The translations under genes were made by a program, and so were the position numbers. Positions 57,959-64,000 of a stretch of 64,000 nt of DNA are shown piece by piece. The notes below the pieces were generated by a model. It saw nothing but the letters and a program-made list of their open reading frames with translations, searched no databases and had not been told where the DNA came from. Location of the stretch: positions 1 to 64,000 of the forward strand of contig JBDRNU010000015.1 in the NCBI GenBank assembly GCA_043810775.1, given 5' to 3'. The DNA comes from an archaeon. Its GTDB lineage: Archaea; Nanobdellota; Nanobdellia; Pacearchaeales; GW2011-AR1. Positions within the stretch are counted from its first letter, which is position 1, and every line of letters starts with the position of its first letter.

Positions 57959-58571
57959 AAGATGGCCAATAACCAGGAAAGGGACCAAATACTTAGTAGT
58001 GCCTTCACACCAAAAAAGAAGTGGAGTTCCTTTGTTATTAGTATTAAGGGATATGTTGAAATTAGGAAGTACACGAAAAGAACTCAAAAAAATTATGAAT
58101 GAAGGGCAAGTGTTCTTAAATTGCAAAATTATAAAAAATGAAAAACATCCAGTACTGCTTTTTGATACAATCTCTTTTAAGAATGGAATGAGTTATCAGC
58201 TTAATTACTCGGACAAGAGAAAATTTTTATTAAAAGAAATTAAAAATGAAGAACAAAATAAAAAAATAGTTAAGCTTATCGGAAAAAGAATTCTAAAAGG
58301 AAATAAAATACAACTAAATTTTAATGATGGAAGATCTTTGCTGAGCAGGGAGGATCTTAAGGTTGGAAATTCAGTATTACTAGATTTAATAAGCAATAAA
58401 ATATTGAAAAAAATTGAATTAAAAGATAATTCTGATATTATAGTTATTGGTGGAAAACATATGGGGAAAACAGGAAAAATAGAAAAAATAATTGAAGAAA
58501 GGAGTATGGCTACTATAATATTAAAAGATAAAAAAATAAATGTAAATCTTAATAATTTAATTGCAGTCTAA
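57930..58571 (+). CDS. rps4e: 30S ribosomal protein S4e
   Basis: HLKR...WPI.RK, PLLLVLRD, GGKHMG. Confidence 0.95.
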   Translation: MHLKRQKSPRRWPITRKGTKYLVVPSHQKRSGVPLLLVLRDMLKLGSTRKELKKIMNEGQVFLNCKIIKNEKHPVLLFDTISFKNGMSYQLNYSDKRKFLLKEIKNEEQNKKIVKLIGKRILKGNKIQLNFNDGRSLLSREDLKVGNSVLLDLISNKILKKIELKDNSDIIVIGGKHMGKTGKIEKIIEERSMATIILKDKKINVNLNNLIAV

Positions 58572-58572
58572 A

Positions 58573-59085
58573 ATGAAAAATAAAATGCAAGAAATAAAAA
58601 TAGAAAAAATAGTATTAAGTGCTGGTGCAACTGGAGAAAAATTAGATAGGGCTGTAAAGTTGTTAAATATCATTTCTGGAATGAAAACAATAAAAACATC
58701 ATCTAATAAAAGAATACCTGGTTTTGGAATACGTCCAGGTTTAGAAATAGGATGCAAAGTCACTTTAAGAGGTAAAAAAGGAGTTCCTTTATTAAAAAGA
58801 TTGCTTCAAGGAGTAAAAAATGAAATCAAGGAGAGTCAAATTGAAGAAAATCATTTATCTTTTGGGATAGAGGAATATATTGAAGTTCCGGGGTTGGAGT
58901 ATCAAAGGGACATAGGTATTTTAGGATTTAATGTGACTGTAGTATTTGAAAGGAAAGGTAAGAGAGTGAAAATTAAAAAAATAAAGAGGGGAAAAATTCC
59001 CCCTAGACAAAATGTATCTAAGGAAGAAATTATTGATTTTATGAAAATCTTTTTTGAATTGGAGGTGAAAAATGACAGCAAGTGA
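58573..59085 (+). CDS. rpl5: 50S ribosomal protein L5
   Basis: [26 protein letters not shown]. Confidence 0.96.
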   Translation: MKNKMQEIKIEKIVLSAGATGEKLDRAVKLLNIISGMKTIKTSSNKRIPGFGIRPGLEIGCKVTLRGKKGVPLLKRLLQGVKNEIKESQIEENHLSFGIEEYIEVPGLEYQRDIGILGFNVTVVFERKGKRVKIKKIKRGKIPPRQNVSKEEIIDFMKIFFELEVKNDSK

Positions 59086-59302
59086 TTGGAAGAAGTTACT
59101 TAAACAATTAAGAAATAAACCTGCTGTTATGGAGAAGTTTTTAAAACACAATAAACCAAAAGACAGGAAGTTCGGTATAGCCTCTAAGAAGTGTGAGAGA
59201 TGTGGGAGATTTGGGGCTCATATAAAGTCTTTTGGTTTGAATTTATGTAGGCACTGCTTTAGAGAAACCGCTCAGGAGTTAGGATTTAAAAAATATAGTT
59301 AA
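59072..59302 (+). CDS. rps14: 30S ribosomal protein S14 (Zn-binding, N-terminally extended)
   Basis: CERCG...LCRHCFRE...GFKKY; GGAGGTGA SD at 59061-59068. Confidence 0.95.
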   Translation: MTASDWKKLLKQLRNKPAVMEKFLKHNKPKDRKFGIASKKCERCGRFGAHIKSFGLNLCRHCFRETAQELGFKKYS

Positions 59303-59303
59303 A

Positions 59304-59678
59304 ATGGGACAAGATATTGTGGCTGACGCCTTAAACCAAATTATGAATTCCAAAAAGGCAGGAAAGAATTTTGTAGTTGTAAATAGATATTCAAACTTAT
59401 TATTAAAATTACTAGACTTGGCTCAAAAAGAAGGATATATTGATAGATATGAAATAAAAGGAAATAATTTAAGAATTGAGTTTAGTAAGTTAAATTGTTG
59501 TAAGGCTATTAAACCTAGATTTTATGTAAAAATTGGAGGAATAGATAAGTATGTGAGGAGATATTTACCATCTCGAACTTTTGGAGTAATAATTATCTCA
59601 ACTAATAAAGGTCTAATAACAAATTCGCAAGCATATGAAAAAAATATTGGGGGAAGCTTAATTGCTTATTTTTACTAA
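59304..59678 (+). CDS. rps8: 30S ribosomal protein S8
   Basis: DIVADAL, IKPRF, YLPSR.FG.II.ST..G, GG.LIAY. Confidence 0.96.
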   Translation: MGQDIVADALNQIMNSKKAGKNFVVVNRYSNLLLKLLDLAQKEGYIDRYEIKGNNLRIEFSKLNCCKAIKPRFYVKIGGIDKYVRRYLPSRTFGVIIISTNKGLITNSQAYEKNIGGSLIAYFY

Positions 59679-60215
59679 ATGAAAATCAAAATACAAGAAG
59701 AAATAGGAATTCCTGAAGGAGTTACAGTTAGTATGGAAGAAAATATCATAGAATTAGCAAAAGGTCCCTTTAAACTTAGAAAAATCTTTGAGGGGTTCAA
59801 AATAAAGCAAGAAAACAATAAAATAATTCTTTATACTGAAAAAGCCACTAAGCGGGAGAAGAAGTTAATAATGACTTTTAAAGCTCATATAAATAATATG
59901 ATTAAAGGGTTGGCTGAAAAATTTGTATATAAATTACAGATAGCTTCAGTGCACTTTCCAGTTACAGTTAGCATTGAAGGTAATCAATTACTAATTAAGA
60001 ATTTTTTAGGTGAAGTAACTCCTAGGAAAGCAAAAATCTTACCAGAAGTTGAAGTAAAAGTTGAAAAGGATATAATCACTGTCGAATCAAATAATATAGA
60101 GGCAGCTGGGCAGACTGCGGCTAATATAGAAAAAGCCACCAAAGTTAAAGGAAGAGATAGACGTATTTTCCAAGATGGCATTTATATTACTGAAAAACCA
60201 GGGAGAGAAATATAG
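59679..60215 (+). CDS. rpl6: 50S ribosomal protein L6
   Basis: HINNMIKG, HFP, NFLGE, DRRIFQDGIYI. Confidence 0.96.
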   Translation: MKIKIQEEIGIPEGVTVSMEENIIELAKGPFKLRKIFEGFKIKQENNKIILYTEKATKREKKLIMTFKAHINNMIKGLAEKFVYKLQIASVHFPVTVSIEGNQLLIKNFLGEVTPRKAKILPEVEVKVEKDIITVESNNIEAAGQTAANIEKATKVKGRDRRIFQDGIYITEKPGREI

Positions 60216-60616
60216 TGAAAAAGAAATTTTTAAGGAGAAATTGGAGAGAATATAAAAGATTAGGTAGAGGAAGAAAGAAAAAACAAAAGTGGAGAAGACC
60301 TAAAGGAAGACATGCTAAGATGAGAGAAAAAGTAAGGGGGAGACCAGGCAGGCCCTCAATAGGACTTAAGAAAAGAGTTTCAATAAATCAAGCGATAAGA
60401 GTAAATAGTATAAAACAAGCCAAAACAGTATCAAAAAATAAAAATGTCATATTGTGTAAAATGGGTAAAAATAAAAAAATAGAAATATCAAAAATTGCTC
60501 AGGAAAAAGGGTATAATATACTTAATTTAAATATAAATAAACTGATTAAATATAACTCAAAGAATAAAGAGAAGATTTCACCTAAAATTAAAGATAAAAT
60601 GGAGAAAAAGAAATGA
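60215..60616 (+). CDS. rpl32e: 50S ribosomal protein L32e
   Basis: FLR, KWRRPKGRHAKMR, PSIG; GTG start. Confidence 0.92.
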   Translation: MKKKFLRRNWREYKRLGRGRKKKQKWRRPKGRHAKMREKVRGRPGRPSIGLKKRVSINQAIRVNSIKQAKTVSKNKNVILCKMGKNKKIEISKIAQEKGYNILNLNINKLIKYNSKNKEKISPKIKDKMEKKK

Positions 60617-61014
60617 ACCTCAAAAAGAAAAAAGAATTATCTGCAAGAGTCTTAAATGTTGGAAAAGATAGGATATTTTTAGATAGTAATAGGATCAATG
60701 AAATAAAAGAAGCAATTACAGCTCAAGATATAAGAGATCTTAATAAAAGTGGAGTCATTAAAATCAAAGAAAAAAAAGGTCGAAGAGTAAACAAACAAAC
60801 AAAACCTAAAAAGAGTCCTGGAAAAATCAGAAAAAAAGTTAAAAATAGAAAACAAAATTATATTAAATTAACTAGAAAACTAAGAAATTATATTTCTGAA
60901 CTAAAAAAACAAGGAAAATTAACTAAAAAAGAATATGTTGATTTAAGGAAGAAAATAAGGGCTAAACAATTTAAAAGTAAATCTCATTTAAAAGAAGTAA
61001 TTAAGGTAAAATGA
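60613..61014 (+). CDS. rpl19e: 50S ribosomal protein L19e
   Basis: LSARVLNVGKDRI, IKEAIT..DIR, RKLR, FKSKSHL. Confidence 0.93.
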   Translation: MNLKKKKELSARVLNVGKDRIFLDSNRINEIKEAITAQDIRDLNKSGVIKIKEKKGRRVNKQTKPKKSPGKIRKKVKNRKQNYIKLTRKLRNYISELKKQGKLTKKEYVDLRKKIRAKQFKSKSHLKEVIKVK

Positions 61015-61508
61015 AAGTGAATAAAAGAAGAAGAAAAGAAAGAGTAACAGATTACAAATCTAGGCTTAATTTATTAAAGTCAGGCCTTCCAAGAGTAGTA
61101 TTTAGAAAGTCAAATAAATTTATTATAGGCCAGTATATTAAAAGTGAGAAAGCACAAGATTCTATAATTGCTGGGGCAACTTCAAAGGACCTTTTAGATT
61201 ATGGTTGGCCAATAGAATTAAGAGGTAGTTTAAAATCACTTACAGCATCTTACCTTACTGGATTTTTATTAGGGAGAAAAATAATTGATAAAGAAGGAGA
61301 ATCAAGAGCAATTTTTGATATAGGTTTGCTTAGAAATATTGCTAAATCAAGAGCTTACGCTTTTCTTAAAGGTGTTATTGATTCTGGAGTGATAATTAAT
61401 CATAATGAAAAAATGTTCCCTATAGAAGATAAGATTCAAGGAAATCATCTCAAAAAAAATATTAAAGAAATATTTGGAAAAGTAAAGGAAAAAATTGAAC
61501 ATGGGTGA
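61011..61508 (+). CDS. rpl18: 50S ribosomal protein L18
   Basis: RRRKERVTDYKSRL, RVVFRKSN, ASYLTG, FDIGL. Confidence 0.96.
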   Translation: MKVNKRRRKERVTDYKSRLNLLKSGLPRVVFRKSNKFIIGQYIKSEKAQDSIIAGATSKDLLDYGWPIELRGSLKSLTASYLTGFLLGRKIIDKEGESRAIFDIGLLRNIAKSRAYAFLKGVIDSGVIINHNEKMFPIEDKIQGNHLKKNIKEIFGKVKEKIEHG

Positions 61509-62238
61509 AAAAAATATTGGACAATTTAATAAAGGAAAATTTAGAGAAGAAGATAGAAAAGCAGCTCTGGCTAAGAGGGAAGAAGAGCGTAGAAAAGATG
61601 AAGTTGCTTCATGGCAGCCTAAAACAAAAATTGGAAAATTAGTCAAATCCAAGCAAATTATTGATTTAGATGAAGTAATTGAAAAATATAAGATTCTTGA
61701 ATCTGAGATTGTAGAATTTTTAATAAAACCTAAATCTGATTTACTATTAATTGGTCAGTCTAAAGGTAAATTTGGTGGTGGAAAAAGGAGAATCTGGCGT
61801 CAAACTCAGAGGAAATCAGCAGAAGGAAATATTCCTACTTTCGCTTCAATGGCTGTTATTGGAGATGAAGAAGGGCATGTTGGAATAGGGTATGGGAGAG
61901 CAAAAGAAACTCTTCCTTCAAGAAATAAAGCTTTAAGAAATGCTAAGCTAAATATAATTAAAGTTCAAAGAGGATGTGGTAGTTTTGATTGCTCTTGTAA
62001 CGAGCCACATAGTATTCCTTTTATTGTAGAAGGTAAATGTGGAAGTTCAAGAATTAAACTATTACCCGCACCACAAGGTACTGGTTTAGTTGTTGGAGAT
62101 GAAATTAAAAAGATTTTGAAACTAGCAGGAATTAAAGATGTTTATAGCCAGACTTTTGGCCAAACTAAAACAACAATTAATCTAGCAAAAGCTACTATTG
62201 AAGCCCTTAAGAAAACTAATGAATTTATTAAAAAATGA
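61501..62238 (+). CDS. rps5: 30S ribosomal protein S5
   Basis: WQPKTKIGKLV, GHVGIG, RGCGSFDC, PAPQGTGLV. Confidence 0.97.
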   Translation: MGEKNIGQFNKGKFREEDRKAALAKREEERRKDEVASWQPKTKIGKLVKSKQIIDLDEVIEKYKILESEIVEFLIKPKSDLLLIGQSKGKFGGGKRRIWRQTQRKSAEGNIPTFASMAVIGDEEGHVGIGYGRAKETLPSRNKALRNAKLNIIKVQRGCGSFDCSCNEPHSIPFIVEGKCGSSRIKLLPAPQGTGLVVGDEIKKILKLAGIKDVYSQTFGQTKTTINLAKATIEALKKTNEFIKK

Positions 62239-62660
62239 TAGCGATAATTAGAATTTGTGGAAGAGTAAATATACGTGAAGATATAAAGAATACTTTATAC
62301 AGGTTAAGACTTAGGCATAAATATACTTGTGTAATTTTAAAAGAAACTCCTGAAACAAGAGGGATGATTCAAAAAATTAGAAATCATGTAGCTTATGGTA
62401 AAATAGATAATCAAACCCTGACTGATTTAATCAAACAGAGGGGAAAACTACTTGATAAAAAAAAGAAATTAGATCCTGAGAAAATTGCTGAAGAGATTCT
62501 TAATGCAAAGGTGGATAAAAAGCTTGAATTTTTAAACTTAAAACCTTTTTTTAGATTGCACCCTCCAAGAAGAGGCATAAAATCAAAATTACACTATCCT
62601 AAAGGGGTGCTTGGAGATAATAAGGAAAAAATAAATGACTTAATAAGGAGAATGTTATAA
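62235..62660 (+). CDS. rpl30: 50S ribosomal protein L30
   Basis: TLYRLRL, VAYG, FRLHPPRRG, INDLIRRM. Confidence 0.96.
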   Translation: MIAIIRICGRVNIREDIKNTLYRLRLRHKYTCVILKETPETRGMIQKIRNHVAYGKIDNQTLTDLIKQRGKLLDKKKKLDPEKIAEEILNAKVDKKLEFLNLKPFFRLHPPRRGIKSKLHYPKGVLGDNKEKINDLIRRML

Positions 62661-62661
62661 A

Positions 62662-63072
62662 ATGAAGCTAAAGAAAAAGAAAAAATCAGTAAGAATGCGC
62701 GGAACAAGATTGCACGGTTGGGCTGCTAAAAAGCATAAAGGAAGTGGAAATAGGGGGGGGAAGGGAATGGCTGGTACTGGTAAAAGAGCAGACCAAAGAA
62801 AAACATATGTTCTTAAATATGATTATCCTTATTTTGGTAAGAAAGCAGCAAAGCTAAAAAAGCATAAAAAAAAGAAGATTAATTCTATTAATCTTCAACA
62901 AATTCAAGGAAATCTAAAATCTGGAGAAAAAGAACTTAATTTTAAAAGATATAAAATACTAGGTCGCGGAGATATAAAAGATAAAGTTACTATAATTGCA
63001 AATTCAGCTTCAAAGTCTGCTATTAAGAAAGTAGAAAAAGCGGGTGGGAAAATAATAATTAATAAAAGATAA
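62662..63072 (+). CDS. rpl15: 50S ribosomal protein L15
   Basis: RGTRLHGW, GNRGGKGMAG, KILGRG, SASKSA..KVEKAGG. Confidence 0.96.
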   Translation: MKLKKKKKSVRMRGTRLHGWAAKKHKGSGNRGGKGMAGTGKRADQRKTYVLKYDYPYFGKKAAKLKKHKKKKINSINLQQIQGNLKSGEKELNFKRYKILGRGDIKDKVTIIANSASKSAIKKVEKAGGKIIINKR

Positions 63073-63073
63073 A

Positions 63074-64000
63074 ATGGCTTTACTTGACATTTTAAAAAAC
63101 TTACCAGAAGTAAAGGGCCCAATTGAGAAGAAACTTAGTTTTAATGTAAAACTCAAATGGACTCTTATAGTTCTTATTGCATTTTTTGTATTGGCAAATG
63201 TTGCACTTTATGGCCTTGAAGCAAATTCTTTAGAAAGGTTTGAGTATTTAGCTATTGTTTTAGGTACAGATTTTGGAAGTATAATCAGTCTGGGAATTGG
63301 ACCGATAGTTATGGCTTCTATTATTTTACAATTACTAGTAGGTAGTAAGATACTTGATATTGATCTTACTTCTGATGAAGGAAAAAAGTATTTTCAAAGT
63401 TTGCAAAAGATCTCTGTATTTTTCTTCATTTTATTTGAAGCAATAGTTTATGTTCTTATGAGGGGATTGCAAGCCAAACCTGGTTTTGAGTTTATTGTAA
63501 TATTTCAATTAATTTTAGGGGGTCTTGCAATAGTATTTATGGATGAACTAGTGACTAAGTGGGGTTTTGGTAGTGGAGTTAGTTTATTCATTCTTGCAGG
63601 TGTTGGTTGGAGATTATTTACAGGATTATTTCAATTTATAGGTATTCAAGGTGGAAATTGTTTAATCAGCTTTTCAGGAGAAGGAAGTATTGCGTGCGCA
63701 GGAAAAATACTTGTTATTATTCAAAGTGTAGTTAATAATGCACCGAATGAGGCTTTGAAGGCTTTTGCCATAATTCTAGTTACAGCGATAATTTTTGCAG
63801 CAGTAGTTTGGGCCCAAAGCTTAAAAGTAGAGGTACCTCTTAGTTTTGATAGATTAAGAGGATATGGATTAAAGTGGCCTCTTGCTTTTTTTTATGCTTC
63901 AGTAATACCTGTAATTTTAGTAGCAGCTTTATCTGCGAATTTACAATTATTTGCAGGTTTAATTGAAAATTGGATAGGCCATTCAACATTTTTAGGAACT
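63074..64000 (+). CDS. secY: preprotein translocase SecY (5' part; runs off the window)
   Basis: ATG 63074: MALLDILKNLPEVKGP...KLKWT, GSIISLGIGPIVMASIILQLLVGS, KWGFGSGVSLFI, FFYASVIPVIL; follows rpl15. Confidence 0.95.
   Translation, partial: MALLDILKNLPEVKGPIEKKLSFNVKLKWTLIVLIAFFVLANVALYGLEANSLERFEYLAIVLGTDFGSIISLGIGPIVMASIILQLLVGSKILDIDLTSDEGKKYFQSLQKISVFFFILFEAIVYVLMRGLQAKPGFEFIVIFQLILGGLAIVFMDELVTKWGFGSGVSLFILAGVGWRLFTGLFQFIGIQGGNCLISFSGEGSIACAGKILVIIQSVVNNAPNEALKAFAIILVTAIIFAAVVWAQSLKVEVPLSFDRLRGYGLKWPLAFFYASVIPVILVAALSANLQLFAGLIENWIGHSTFLGT

Noticed and set aside
62753-62760. G8 tract in rpl15
   Set aside because: It encodes the conserved Arg-Gly-Gly of an essential protein, so it is not a plausible contingency locus
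1540-63122. Numerous 60-133 aa ORFs in the track that are antisense to or nested in long genes (e.g. 3888-4076, 14656-15003, 25115-25516, 49533-49907, 52009-52353, 61347-61652)
   Set aside because: They are shadow ORFs opposite well-supported genes, with no motifs and a composition typical of antisense frames
1-64000. tRNA, rRNA, CRISPR arrays, transposases or integrases
   Set aside because: No GC-rich structured RNA segment, regularly spaced repeat, or DDE/tyrosine-recombinase ORF was seen by eye

Overview
AT-rich, very compact archaeal genome segment. The archaeal-type ribosomal proteins (S4e, L32e, L19e, aIF1), AglB, AMP phosphorylase and secF-secD gene order suggest a DPANN archaeon, probably Pacearchaeota/Woesearchaeota-like (inference). 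Layout: (1) 0.3-5.0 kb: secF-secD, small membrane proteins, a HAD hydrolase and a run of four tiny coupled ORFs. (2) 5.1-48.2 kb: a ~43 kb surface-glycosylation island ending in aglH-like and aglB. It has about 14 glycosyltransferase-type genes, two flippases, a WbpB/E/D-like diamino-uronic acid module, two AsnB amidotransferases, two SAM methyltransferases, four radical SAM/SPASM-twitch enzymes, two B12-binding radical SAM enzymes, and an ADP-heptose pathway (gmhA, gmhB, hldE) with two GT9 heptosyltransferases. It also has unexpected passengers: an orphan QueC-like gene, a stand-alone aIF5A-like N-domain, a deoxyhypusine-synthase-like-fold protein and an NDT-family enzyme. (3) 48.2-51.6 kb: a small Zn-ribbon protein, AMP phosphorylase, an AI-2E transporter and a hypothetical protein. 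(4) 52-64 kb: the archaeal S10/spc ribosomal protein operon from rpl3 to a truncated secY, lacking the usual Rpp29 gene. I saw no tRNA, rRNA, CRISPR array or transposase. All calls come from reading motifs by eye; no database search was run.
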